Assembly (NCBI GenBank): GCA_963677435.1
Contig: OY781945.1
Span: 2,368,001 to 2,432,000 of the forward strand
Direction: 5' to 3'
DNA: 64,000 bases
Source of the DNA: an uncultured Aliarcobacter sp.
Lineage (GTDB): Bacteria; Campylobacterota; Campylobacteria; Campylobacterales; Arcobacteraceae
Shown here one piece after another: positions 40,735 through 50,973 of the stretch. The position numbers and the translations under genes were made by a program. The notes under the pieces were generated by a model that did not search any database, was not told where the DNA came from, and was given only the letters and a program-made list of their open reading frames with translations. Each line of letters opens with the position of its first letter. Position 1 is the first letter of the stretch.

Positions 40735-41280
40735 ATGATTAAGAAAATAGTACTTTCACTTTTACTAATTTTTAGTTTTATAAATGCAAAGGAAAATAAA
40801 ATGAGTATCTATGACTTTAATGTAAAAACAATAGATGGACAAGAAGTTTCGATGTCAAAGTACAAAGGAAAAGTTCTTTTGATTGTAAATGTTGCTAGTA
40901 AATGTGGATTTACAGGTCAATATGAAGGATTAGAAAATCTTTTTGATAAATACAAAAATGAAGATTTTATGGTTTTAGGATTTCCATCTAATCAATTTGC
41001 AAATCAAGAACCAGAATCAAATGAAAAAATCAAAGAGTTTTGTTCTTTAACTTATAAAGTAAAATTTGACATGTTTGCAAAAATAGATGTAAATGGTGAA
41101 AATGAATCTCCTTTATATACATTTTTAAAAGCTAATCAAAAAGGTATTTTAGGAACAGAAGCTATAAAATGGAATTTTACTAAGTTTTTAGTTGATAAAG
41201 AGGGAAATATTGTAGATAGATATGCAAGCACAACAACTCCTGAATCAATAGAAGCTGACATAAAAAAACTTTTAAAATAA
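40735..41280 (+). CDS. Glutathione peroxidase family protein (Cys-type)
   Basis: VNVASKCGFT, GFPSNQF, KWNFTKFLVD. Confidence 0.93.
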   Translation: MIKKIVLSLLLIFSFINAKENKMSIYDFNVKTIDGQEVSMSKYKGKVLLIVNVASKCGFTGQYEGLENLFDKYKNEDFMVLGFPSNQFANQEPESNEKIKEFCSLTYKVKFDMFAKIDVNGENESPLYTFLKANQKGILGTEAIKWNFTKFLVDKEGNIVDRYASTTTPESIEADIKKLLK

Positions 41281-41331
41281 GGTCTTACAATAGAAAATTT
41301 TATAAATAATATCCAAGAAGCAATATTTTAT

Positions 41332-41913
41332 ATGACTTCTTGGGAGATGGTAGCTGTTTTTTTATCAGTTACTTATCTTCTTTTAGCAATAAAACAAAAT
41401 CTTTGGTGTTGGCCTTCTGCTTTTTTAAGTACTTTAATTTATAGTATTTTATTTTTTGATGCTTCACTTTTAATGGATAGTGCATTAAATATTTTTTATT
41501 TAGTAATGGCTATTTATGGTTGGTATTCATGGAAATATGGAAATATTAAAAATCAAAATGTTGAGTTAGAAATATCAACTTATGGTTTAAAAAAGAATCT
41601 ACAAATAATTTTAGCACTGATAGTTCTTTCCTTAGTTTTAGGTTATATAATGGCAAATTATACAAGTGCAGATTATGCATATTTAGATACATTTACAACT
41701 GTATTTGCTGTATTTACAACTTATACACTTACAAAAAAAGTCTTAGAAAACTGGCTTTATTGGATTGTGATTGATAGTGTTTCCATTTATATTTACATAA
41801 ATAAAGGTTTTTATTTAACGGCTGTTTTATTTGCTTTATATACTATTTTAGCTTTTGTTGCCTACAATAACTGGAAAAAAGAGTACGAAAACCTTGAACT
41901 TAGAATCGCTTAA
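41332..41913 (+). CDS. pnuC: PnuC-family vitamin transporter (true start may be ATA at 41290)
   Basis: YGWYSW, YLDTFTT, ENWLYWIVID motifs. Confidence 0.85.
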   Translation: MTSWEMVAVFLSVTYLLLAIKQNLWCWPSAFLSTLIYSILFFDASLLMDSALNIFYLVMAIYGWYSWKYGNIKNQNVELEISTYGLKKNLQIILALIVLSLVLGYIMANYTSADYAYLDTFTTVFAVFTTYTLTKKVLENWLYWIVIDSVSIYIYINKGFYLTAVLFALYTILAFVAYNNWKKEYENLELRIA

Positions 41914-42640
41914 AAGTTACAATATATTTAAAGAAGAGTTATTAAGCCTTGAGTTATTAAAAAGTCAAGGTTTTAATAATATAAGTTACCTTCTAAAAAC
42001 ATCATCAAAATCTTATGTAATTAGAGTTTTTAAATCAAATGAAAGCGTAAATATAAGCCGTAAGTTTGAATATGAAATTCAAAAAAAAGCTCACAAAAAA
42101 AATATAGCTTCAAAACCTATTTTTTTAAATGAAAACTTTATGATTTATGAGTATGAAAAAGGTATTCATAAAACTAAACTATCTAAAAATGAACTAAAAA
42201 AGTTAGTATCAAAAATAAAAAAGTTTCACAACTTTAAAGTAAAAACTAAAGCCTATGATTTATCTTTTGACTTAAAAAACTATTCAAAAAAACTTACTAC
42301 ATTAAAAAGTAAAAAACTAATAAACAAATGTTTTAAAAGTATAAAAGTTTTAAAAGAACACAAATATGAACTTGTTTTAACCCACCATGATTTAAATCCT
42401 AAAAATATAATTTTTAATAAAACTGACTTTAAAATAATAGATTGGGAATATGCAGGAACTAATGACAGATTTTTTGATTTGGCTTGTGTTTGTGTTGAAT
42501 TTAAACTAAATAAAAATGAAGAAAAAATCCTTTTAGATAGTTATTTCAAAAATAAAAAGAGTTATCATAAAATAAAATTAAAACACTTTAAAATCATTTA
42601 TGATAGTTTTTGTAAACTTTGGTTTGAGGCTAATCTTTAG
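41894..42640 (+). CDS. Choline/thiamine kinase-like (APH family) phosphotransferase
   Basis: HHDLNPKNI and IIDWEYA motifs; overlaps pnuC; start uncertain (TTG 41855 or 41894). Confidence 0.8.
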   Translation: MNLESLKSYNIFKEELLSLELLKSQGFNNISYLLKTSSKSYVIRVFKSNESVNISRKFEYEIQKKAHKKNIASKPIFLNENFMIYEYEKGIHKTKLSKNELKKLVSKIKKFHNFKVKTKAYDLSFDLKNYSKKLTTLKSKKLINKCFKSIKVLKEHKYELVLTHHDLNPKNIIFNKTDFKIIDWEYAGTNDRFFDLACVCVEFKLNKNEEKILLDSYFKNKKSYHKIKLKHFKIIYDSFCKLWFEANL

Positions 42641-43277
42641 AAGATTCAATCTCATCAACTCTTTCTTGAAGTAGATTAAAATGATATTTCCCTTCTAGTT
42701 TTTCTTTTAATTCTTCAAATTTATCAACCATTTTTTCTTCAACTTCTGTGCCATTATTTTTAAGTTTTTCATAAATTTGCATGATTCTTTCATCACTTAT
42801 TTCAGTTAGTCTTGAATCTTTTACAATTTGAGGAATTTCACTTATATCTAAAAGAGGCATTTTAAAATCGCAGTAATATTGAGATAAATCATTTATTCCC
42901 CAATACTCTAAGCCTAATTTATTATAAAAATCTAAAGAGGAACTAACACAATTCATTTTGAATCTTCTAATTTTATTATCAGCTAAATGAGCAAAAAGAT
43001 GTTTTAAAAGTTTATACGCATAACCAAAACTTCTATGTGTATTTGGTGTTAAAAGGTTGTGAATTGTTAGATATTCATTATCTTTTGAAATGGTGTAAAA
43101 TAGATAACAAACATGTTTTCCTTTATCATTTACTAAACATAAAGGGGGAAATTTTTCCCAACTGTAGTAATTATCCCACCATTCTAGGGCATTTTTAGAA
43201 AATGACAAACTTTTAAAATCTGCTATTTTTTTAACTGAGATTAAATATTCATCTCTATTTAGTTCTATCACTTTCAT
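42630..43277 (-). CDS. GNAT-family N-acetyltransferase
   Basis: HRSFGYAYKLL (motif A) and FYNKLGL; ATG 43277 has an AAGGGA RBS. Confidence 0.75.
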   Translation of the reverse strand: MKVIELNRDEYLISVKKIADFKSLSFSKNALEWWDNYYSWEKFPPLCLVNDKGKHVCYLFYTISKDNEYLTIHNLLTPNTHRSFGYAYKLLKHLFAHLADNKIRRFKMNCVSSSLDFYNKLGLEYWGINDLSQYYCDFKMPLLDISEIPQIVKDSRLTEISDERIMQIYEKLKNNGTEVEEKMVDKFEELKEKLEGKYHFNLLQERVDEIESSKD

Positions 43278-43402
43278 TTTTAATCCCTTCATAGTAGGAT
43301 TCATTGTAGTCTTATTAATCATTATTCAGAGGCTTTTACTGTTTATAATTTATCCATTGGAAATTTTAAAATATTTTAAACAGTTTCGGGTATTATTCCA
43401 GC

Positions 43403-45253
43403 ATGAATCTACAAGACAAACTCAAACAACTTCCAATTGATGCTGGTGTTTATCAATACTTTGATAAACAAGGTCATTTACTCTATATAGGAAAAGCAAA
43501 AGTCCTTAAAAATAGAGTTAAATCATATTTTAAATTTACTCCTAAACTATTACCTGCTGATAAGTTGGGGCCTAGAATTTACAAAATGATTAGTGAAGTT
43601 GAAACTCTTGAATGGATTGTTGTTCCAAATGAACATGATGCTTTGATTTTGGAAAACTCATTAATCAAACAGTTAAAACCAAAATACAATATTCTACTAA
43701 GAGACGATAAAACTTACCCTTATATCATGATTGATTATAGTGAAGATTTTCCAAGACTTGAAATCACTAGAAAAATTCACAAAGGGAAAAATATCAAATA
43801 TTTTGGACCATACTCAACTGGTGCAAAAGATATGCTTGATAGCATCTATGAAATAGTTCCTCTTGTGCAAAAAAAATCTTGTGTTAAAGGTAAAACCGCT
43901 TGTTTATTCCATCAAATAAAAAAATGTTTTGCTCCTTGTGAAAATAAAATCTCAAAAGAAGAATATTCAAAAATTGTAGAAAATGCCCTAGAGTTTATCT
44001 ACAATAAAACGAAATTAATCTCAAAACTAAATGAAAGAATGTTGCAATACTCAAATGATTTTAGATTTGAAGATGCAATGATGATAAGAGATAGAATAAA
44101 AACAATAGAAAAATCTCAAATAAAATCAGGAATTGATTTAACAACAAATGAAGACATAGATATTTTTGCAATCACAGCCTCAAATAAAAAAGCAGTAATT
44201 GTGCGAATGTTTATAAGAGATGGGAAAATTGCATCTTCAAGCCATGACTTTTTAAAGGTTGATGCCTTTGATGAAAGTTTTGATTTTGATTATGAAGAGG
44301 CTTATAAAAGGGCAATTATCAACTACTACGATAATGAAATTCCACTTTTACCAAAAGAGATTTTAGTGGGAATTGAGCTAAATGATACGGTTGAGCTTGA
44401 AGAGTTTTTACAAATTAAATTTGGCAGAAAAATCAAAATTGTAAATCCAAAAAAAGATAAGAAAAAAGATATTGTTCAAATTGCCCTTAGTAATTGTGAA
44501 GAGCTTTTACGAATTGATTTAAGTAAAAATCAAACAACTATTTATGAAGAGTTAAAAGATTTATTTACACTGCAAACTCTTCCTTTTAGAGTTGAAAGTT
44601 ATGATAACTCTCACATGATGGGACAAGCAACTGTGGGAGCTATGGTTGTTTGGAGTGAAGAGTTAAACTCTTTTGAAAAGAAATCATTTAGACACTATAA
44701 CCTTGAATCAAAAGATGAATACTCACAAATGAGAGAGATGTTAATAAGAAGAGTTGAAAGTTTTGAAAAAAATCCTGCACCTGATTTGTGGATTATTGAT
44801 GGGGGAGAAACCCTTTTAAAATTAGCCTATGATATTGTTTCATCAGTTGGTGTAAATCTTGATATAATTGCGGTCGCAAAAGAGAAAGTTGATGCCAAAG
44901 CCCATAGAGCAAAAGGTGCAGCAAAAGATATAATTCACTATAGAGATAAAAATGGTGAATTTAAAAATCTGAAATTATCAACAAGTGACAAAAGACTGCA
45001 ATTTGTACAAAGACAAAGAGATGAAGCTCACAGATTTGTAATCAATTTTCACAAAAAACAAAAACGAGCAGAAGACAAACAAATTTCACTATTACAAATC
45101 AAAGGAATAGGAGAAGCAAAAATCAAAAAACTTCTTTTATATTTTGGTGAATTTGAGAAAATCAAAAATGCATCAGTTGAAGAATTAAAAAATGTTTTAA
45201 ATGAAAAAGATGCAATTATCATATCAAATTATTTTATTACCCCAAAGGATTAA
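43403..45253 (+). CDS. uvrC: Excinuclease ABC subunit C
   Basis: GVYQY..LYIGKAK (GIY-YIG), [32 protein letters not shown], HhH. Confidence 0.96.
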   Translation: MNLQDKLKQLPIDAGVYQYFDKQGHLLYIGKAKVLKNRVKSYFKFTPKLLPADKLGPRIYKMISEVETLEWIVVPNEHDALILENSLIKQLKPKYNILLRDDKTYPYIMIDYSEDFPRLEITRKIHKGKNIKYFGPYSTGAKDMLDSIYEIVPLVQKKSCVKGKTACLFHQIKKCFAPCENKISKEEYSKIVENALEFIYNKTKLISKLNERMLQYSNDFRFEDAMMIRDRIKTIEKSQIKSGIDLTTNEDIDIFAITASNKKAVIVRMFIRDGKIASSSHDFLKVDAFDESFDFDYEEAYKRAIINYYDNEIPLLPKEILVGIELNDTVELEEFLQIKFGRKIKIVNPKKDKKKDIVQIALSNCEELLRIDLSKNQTTIYEELKDLFTLQTLPFRVESYDNSHMMGQATVGAMVVWSEELNSFEKKSFRHYNLESKDEYSQMREMLIRRVESFEKNPAPDLWIIDGGETLLKLAYDIVSSVGVNLDIIAVAKEKVDAKAHRAKGAAKDIIHYRDKNGEFKNLKLSTSDKRLQFVQRQRDEAHRFVINFHKKQKRAEDKQISLLQIKGIGEAKIKKLLLYFGEFEKIKNASVEELKNVLNEKDAIIISNYFITPKD

Positions 45254-45255
45254 TT

Positions 45256-46278
45256 TTGGCAAAAATCTTATTAAATAAAGAAAATTTATTTTACAATTTT
45301 GGTGTTATTTCAAAGCAAACAGGTTCAGTTGAAAAAGTTGCTGTTGTTCTAAAAGATAACGCTTACGGACATGGTCTTTTAGAAATTGCAACACTTGCAA
45401 GTGAATTTGGAATTAAAAAAGCAGTGGTTAAATCTATAGATGAAGCCTTGGTTATTGAAAAATTATTTGATGATATTTTAATCCTTGCTCAAAAAGATAT
45501 TCACACTTATTCACATACTTTTCACATAGCAGTAAACAGTTTAGATATTATAGAAAATTTACCTGAAAATATAAAAGTTCATATTAAGGTAGATACGGGT
45601 ATGCATAGAAATGGTGTATCTCCAAAAGAGCTAGAACAGGCTTTTTTAGGGCTTTGTAAAAGAAATATACAAGTGACTGGAATCTTTACACACCATAAAT
45701 GTGCAGATGAATTAACTACTGATTTTTTCTGGCAAAAGGCCGTTTTTTCTAGGGTAAAAGAGGATGTGAAAAGAATATGTGAAAAACTTTTACTACCTAT
45801 TCCAGCCTTTCATTCATGTAACTCAGCAGCACTTTTTAGAACATCGAATTTTGATGAAGATTTTGCTAGAGTTGGAATTGCAACTTATGGTTATTTAGAT
45901 AATGCAGGAGTTTTCAAATTTCCAAAATTAAAACCTGTTATGTCACTTTGGGCTTCAAGATTAGCAACAAGGGTTTTAAAAAAAGGACAAAGTGTTGGTT
46001 ATGGAGGAACATACACTGCAAGTGAAGATATGACTGTTTCAACTTATGATATTGGGTATGGAGATGGTTTTTTAAGACTTAATGAAAGAAAAAAATATAC
46101 AACGCCCAAAGGCTTTAATGTCTTAGGAAAAGTTTCAATGGATAATTTAGTTTTAAATACCAAAGAAGAAGAAGTTTGTATTTTTGATGATGTTAATACA
46201 TTGGCTAAAATTCATGATACAATTACTTATGAAATTACAACAACATTAAATCCAAATATAAAAAAAGAGATTACATGA
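45256..46278 (+). CDS. alr: Alanine racemase
   Basis: [35 protein letters not shown]. Confidence 0.93.
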   Translation: MAKILLNKENLFYNFGVISKQTGSVEKVAVVLKDNAYGHGLLEIATLASEFGIKKAVVKSIDEALVIEKLFDDILILAQKDIHTYSHTFHIAVNSLDIIENLPENIKVHIKVDTGMHRNGVSPKELEQAFLGLCKRNIQVTGIFTHHKCADELTTDFFWQKAVFSRVKEDVKRICEKLLLPIPAFHSCNSAALFRTSNFDEDFARVGIATYGYLDNAGVFKFPKLKPVMSLWASRLATRVLKKGQSVGYGGTYTASEDMTVSTYDIGYGDGFLRLNERKKYTTPKGFNVLGKVSMDNLVLNTKEEEVCIFDDVNTLAKIHDTITYEITTTLNPNIKKEIT

Positions 46279-46943
46279 AAAAATTGCTATTTCTTCTTAT
46301 TTTTCTAGGAACTTTTTTAAATGCTTTAACTTTTGAAGAGGTTTACACGATTCAACGAGTTCAAGGAACAATGAAAGCCCTTAGTGGATATAAAGAATTA
46401 GCAAAAGAAAATAATCCAAAAGCTATCCATGAGTTAGCACTTATTTATCTAACAGGTGATGGAATAGCTAGAAATATAAATAAAGCTCAAGAACTATTAC
46501 AAAAAGCCTCTGATTTAGGAAATACAGAATCAACTTATATTTTAGCAAAACTATATCTTTCTAAAAAAACAATCTTTTATGATGAAAAAAAAGCTTATAA
46601 CACTTTTATAGATGCTGCAAATAAAAATCATGCAAAAGCACAACTTATGTTAGCTAGATTCTTTTTATTAGGAGAAATCGTTCCAAAAGATTATGAAAAA
46701 GCAATGTACTATTTTGTATTAGCTTCAAAACAAAAAGAGTATGAAGCGAACTGTTATATTGCATATATGTATGCAAGTGGAACAGGTGTTTTCCCAAATT
46801 TTGGAAGAGCACAAACTTTTGCAAAAGATGGTTTTAATAGAAAAGATAAACTTTGCGTAAAAGTATGGAATGATTACAATTTATTTAAATACCCAAAAGA
46901 TGAAGGTTTTAAAATTGGGGATTATAATGAGCCTGTAAAATAG
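46275..46943 (+). CDS. Secreted Sel1-like repeat protein
   Basis: Signal peptide; Sel1 repeats. Confidence 0.8.
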   Translation: MKKLLFLLIFLGTFLNALTFEEVYTIQRVQGTMKALSGYKELAKENNPKAIHELALIYLTGDGIARNINKAQELLQKASDLGNTESTYILAKLYLSKKTIFYDEKKAYNTFIDAANKNHAKAQLMLARFFLLGEIVPKDYEKAMYYFVLASKQKEYEANCYIAYMYASGTGVFPNFGRAQTFAKDGFNRKDKLCVKVWNDYNLFKYPKDEGFKIGDYNEPVK

Positions 46944-46946
46944 GCT

Positions 46947-47705
46947 CTAAAAATTTATATCTTTTAAAACATACTCTTTTTTACAGCTTTCACAATAATC
47001 AATAAACAGCTGAAAATATTTATCAACCTCATCTTTATCATATCCAGCAAGACTAATTACTACTTTTCTAGTATCTCCTACAAATTTAGGCAGAGATGCG
47101 AAATCTAGATGATTAGGCATTTTTTTCATAGTATTTATTAAGTCATTTTCACTACAATCAATAGTCATTACACATCTGTATTTCTCTTTTGATTTTGGAT
47201 ATAACTTATCAAGTGCTTCAACAACCATTGCTTGGCTCATAGATGGAAAACCTGGGGTGAAGAAAAATCTATCTTCTAGGTAAAATCCTGCAACATTATT
47301 TACTACATTTGTAAGAAGTTTCGCATTTATTGGTAGATATGCCATATTTATTCTATGTGGATATGCTTGATCATTAAATTGATTTATAATTCTATATTTT
47401 GCTTCTTCATGAAATTCCATTTTCCCATTTGTGAAAGCCTTTGCAGCAACTTCTCTTGTATAATCATCAGGAGTTGCACCAATTCCTCCAAAACTAAACA
47501 TTACAGAATTTGGGTCAGATTTTATTAGATTAAAAACATCTAACATAAGTTTGGTGTCATCACCTATTACAAAAGAAGCTTTTTGTTCCCAACCACGACT
47601 TAAAAGTTGTTGGTTCAAAAATGCAAAATGGGCATCAGTCCTACGCCCATTTAGAAGTTCAGTTCCAATTATTACACTATAAAAATTTACTTTTTTTTCA
47701 AGCAT
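46947..47705 (-). CDS. CinA-like molybdopterin-binding-domain protein
   Basis: IIGTELLNGR..DAH, GGIGATPDDYT, PGFP. Confidence 0.85.
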   Translation of the reverse strand: MLEKKVNFYSVIIGTELLNGRRTDAHFAFLNQQLLSRGWEQKASFVIGDDTKLMLDVFNLIKSDPNSVMFSFGGIGATPDDYTREVAAKAFTNGKMEFHEEAKYRIINQFNDQAYPHRINMAYLPINAKLLTNVVNNVAGFYLEDRFFFTPGFPSMSQAMVVEALDKLYPKSKEKYRCVMTIDCSENDLINTMKKMPNHLDFASLPKFVGDTRKVVISLAGYDKDEVDKYFQLFIDYCESCKKEYVLKDINF

Positions 47706-47708
47706 AAC

Positions 47709-48278
47709 TTAGATTTTTGATTGGATATATTTATCCATCTCAGTTACAATCTTTTCAATAGTTCTTTCACCATTTATTTTTTTTAATAATTTTTTTGCTG
47801 TGTAAAACTCTTGAATTTGTTCTAACGGTTCAGCATAAACTCTCATTCTATTATTGAATACTTCAACACTATCATCTGTACCTCGTGCTCGTCCCAAAAC
47901 TCTATCTCTAGCTACTTTTTCTGAAACTACAACTTCAATACATTTTACTAATTTTACTTCACTTTCATTTACTAAATATTTATCTAATTCTACCATTTGT
48001 TCAATACTTCTTGGATATCCATCAATAATAACAATATCAGTTGAAGCATTTTTTATAGCTCCTAGAATCGTCTCAATAGCTATATCAATTGGTACAATGT
48101 TACCTGCACTAATATAAGTATTAATTATTTCACCTCTTTGTGATCCACTTGCTACTTCAGCTCTAAACATATCTCCAGTTGAATAATGAGTGATATTATT
48201 ATGTTTTGCTGCAATTAATTCTGCATCTGTAGTTTTGCCACTTCCAGGTGCTCCAATAATTAAAAATAATTTTTTCAT
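47709..48278 (-). CDS. adk: Adenylate kinase, short-LID type
   Basis: [28 protein letters not shown]. Confidence 0.9.
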   Translation of the reverse strand: MKKLFLIIGAPGSGKTTDAELIAAKHNNITHYSTGDMFRAEVASGSQRGEIINTYISAGNIVPIDIAIETILGAIKNASTDIVIIDGYPRSIEQMVELDKYLVNESEVKLVKCIEVVVSEKVARDRVLGRARGTDDSVEVFNNRMRVYAEPLEQIQEFYTAKKLLKKINGERTIEKIVTEMDKYIQSKI

Positions 48279-48406
48279 TTATGCCCTTTTGAATTTACAA
48301 GGCGTAATTGTATCAAAAATCATTTAAATTCTTCATGTACTATTAAAACCTTATGTATAATTAAAAGCTTTTTGAATACAATACGAAAAAACTAAGGAAA
48401 CGCAAT

Positions 48407-49048
48407 ATGAATTTAATGCTATTTGGAGCACCTGGTGCTGGTAAAGGAACACAAGCAAAATTTTTAATTGAAAAGTATAATATTCCACAAATCTCAACTG
48501 GAGATATCTTAAGAGCTGCAATTACAGATAAAACAGATATGGGAATGGAAGCAAAAAAATTCATGGATGAAGGAAAATTAGTTCCAGATTCAACTATTAT
48601 TGGTATTATCAAAGATAGACTGGCTGAGTCTGACTGTAAAGATGGTTTCATTCTTGATGGATTTCCAAGAACTCTAGCACAAGCAGAGGCTTTAGGTGAA
48701 CTAATGGCAACTATGGGAATCTCTTTAGATAAAGTAATCTCTTTAAATGTTCCAGATGAATTAATTGTTGGAAGAATTACAGGAAGAAGAGTATGTTCTA
48801 AATGTGGAGCTTCTTTTCATGTGGAATTTAACCCATCTAAAAAAGAGTCTAATTGTGACTATTGTGATGGTGAATTAATCATTAGAAAAGATGATAATGC
48901 AGAAACTGTAATAAGCAGATTAGAAGCATATCATGCACAAACAGCACCATTAATTGATTTTTACACAAAAATGGGTGTATTTGTTGAGCTTGATGGAACA
49001 AAAGATGTTTCTGATGTTACAGCAGATATGTTATCTGCACTTTCATAA
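48407..49048 (+). CDS. adk: Adenylate kinase, long zinc-LID type
   Basis: GAPGAGKGTQA, STGDILR, LDGFPRT, C-x2-C-x16-C-x2-C LID. Confidence 0.93.
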   Translation: MNLMLFGAPGAGKGTQAKFLIEKYNIPQISTGDILRAAITDKTDMGMEAKKFMDEGKLVPDSTIIGIIKDRLAESDCKDGFILDGFPRTLAQAEALGELMATMGISLDKVISLNVPDELIVGRITGRRVCSKCGASFHVEFNPSKKESNCDYCDGELIIRKDDNAETVISRLEAYHAQTAPLIDFYTKMGVFVELDGTKDVSDVTADMLSALS

Positions 49049-49066
49049 ATCTTTTTTACAAAATAT

Positions 49067-49098
49067 AAAAGGGCAACTATTATAATAGTTGCCCTTTT
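49067..49098. terminator. Bidirectional terminator (32-bp perfect palindrome)
   Basis: AAAAGGGCAACTATTA|TAATAGTTGCCCTTTT followed by T run; convergent genes. Confidence 0.85.
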
Positions 49099-49127
49099 TT
49101 TTTTAACTAGTGATTATTTAAAATAGT

Positions 49128-50900
49128 TTAACCTTGCATTCCTGAGCTTGAAGTTTTTTTATTTTTCCCTGCAAATTGATTTTTTGCAACAACTATCTCT
49201 TTTTGTTTCTCTTTTCTTCTTTGATCTTTTTCAACAAAGATTTTTTTCTTTGTAAATGGGTCAAGTTCTGTGTAATACATAACTGCTGAATAAGTTCCAG
49301 GTGTTGGGGTGAAAACTTGTGCTTGTTCTGGATTCATTTTTAATTCATGGGTTGTAAATTGTTTTAACTCATGCATATGCTTTTCCTCACATCCAGGATG
49401 GGCTGCAATCAAATAATATGTTAAAAACTGTTGTTTCCCTGACTCTTTATTAAGTCTGTCATACATAGCTTTAAAATCAATCAGTGTTTGTTTCCCTGGT
49501 TTTCCCATATGATGTAAAACTTCATCATTTGTATGTTCTGGTGCAACTTTCATTTGACCTGAAATATGATGATCAACCATCTCTTTTAAATACTCATATC
49601 CGTGTTTTTTATCTGCTGTTATTAAATCATATCTAACACCTGAAGCTACGAATGCTTTTTTGATTCCAGGAACTGCTCTGATATCTTTTAATAACTGTAT
49701 ATTTCTGCTATGGTCAACTTTCATAGTTCTGCAAAGTCTGTGAGCATCTACACATCTTTTATTTTCGATACAAGTTCCAAGATTTATCTTTTTCTTACAC
49801 TCATAACCATACATATTTGCTGTTGGTCCACCAACATCTGAAATGATTCCTTTAAAATCTTTCATTGTAGTAAAATGTTTTGCTTCTTGCAAAATATTTG
49901 CTTCGCTTCTTGTTCGAATAGTTCTTCCTTGGTGAGCTGCAATTGCACAAAAGTTACACTCTCCCCAACATCCATGATGGGTCATAATAGAAAACTTAAT
50001 TGTTTCAAGACATTTTACTTTTCCATCTTTTGCATTATATGGATGAGCATCCCTTTGATATGGAAATGAAGCAATTTTATCCATCTCTTCTTCTTCCATA
50101 TGACGGCTTGGTGGATTTTGAATTAAATATCTTCCATCAACTTCTTGGTATAAACCTTTTGAATAAATAGGATCATTATTGTCATAAAAAGCTTTGAAAA
50201 GATCAATATACTTCTCTTTATCTTTTAAACATTCATCGTGTGAAGGAATTTCTAAAAATGTTTCTTCAGTAGGAGCTTCTTTTGAAATATAACAAAGTCC
50301 TCTAATTGTTCTTGGGTCTTTCCCCTCTTTTAGGTAATTTCCTAAATCAATAATAGCCTGCTCACCCATTCCATAAACCATATAATCTGCTTTTGTATCA
50401 AATAATATTGGTTTTCTAAGCTTATTTGTCCAATAATCATAGTGAGTAAGTCTTCTCAAAGATGCTTCTATTCCTCCAAGAACAATAGGAACTGTTCCTT
50501 TAAAATATCTTCTAATTAGATTTGTGTAAACTAAAGTTGCTCTATCTGGTCTTTTGTTATTTTTTCCACCTGGAGTGTAATCATCACTATTTCTGAACTT
50601 TTTAGTTGCAGTGTAGTTTGAAACCATTGAATCAATACTTCCACCACTTACTCCCCAAAATAGTTTTGGTTCACCCAATCTTTTGACATCAATATCACTA
50701 TTAACATCTGGTTGGCCTATAATTCCCACTCGAAGACCTATGTCTTCAAGTATTCGTCCAACAACTGCAATTCCCATAAATGGGGAATCAATATATGCAT
50801 CTCCAGTAATTAGGATAACATCTAGTTCATCCCACCCCCTTGCTTGCATCTCTTCTTTTGTTGTAGGTAAAAATTTATTTGGTTTATTAATATTACTCAT
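49128..50900 (-). CDS. YgiQ (UPF0313) family radical SAM protein
   Basis: GDAYID, GGIEASLRR, CWGECNFC (CxxxCxxC), DVGGPTANMYG. Confidence 0.9.
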   Translation of the reverse strand: MSNINKPNKFLPTTKEEMQARGWDELDVILITGDAYIDSPFMGIAVVGRILEDIGLRVGIIGQPDVNSDIDVKRLGEPKLFWGVSGGSIDSMVSNYTATKKFRNSDDYTPGGKNNKRPDRATLVYTNLIRRYFKGTVPIVLGGIEASLRRLTHYDYWTNKLRKPILFDTKADYMVYGMGEQAIIDLGNYLKEGKDPRTIRGLCYISKEAPTEETFLEIPSHDECLKDKEKYIDLFKAFYDNNDPIYSKGLYQEVDGRYLIQNPPSRHMEEEEMDKIASFPYQRDAHPYNAKDGKVKCLETIKFSIMTHHGCWGECNFCAIAAHQGRTIRTRSEANILQEAKHFTTMKDFKGIISDVGGPTANMYGYECKKKINLGTCIENKRCVDAHRLCRTMKVDHSRNIQLLKDIRAVPGIKKAFVASGVRYDLITADKKHGYEYLKEMVDHHISGQMKVAPEHTNDEVLHHMGKPGKQTLIDFKAMYDRLNKESGKQQFLTYYLIAAHPGCEEKHMHELKQFTTHELKMNPEQAQVFTPTPGTYSAVMYYTELDPFTKKKIFVEKDQRRKEKQKEIVVAKNQFAGKNKKTSSSGMQG

Positions 50901-50973
50901 TTTTTCTTCTTTAAAATATATTAGTTTTTTCGTATTGTGCCCAAATATATTTTAACCCCTACTATAAAAACAT

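Noticed and set aside
49067..49098. 32-bp perfect palindrome as a mobile-element end or operator
   Set aside because: Position between convergent genes with A/T tails fits an ordinary bidirectional terminator
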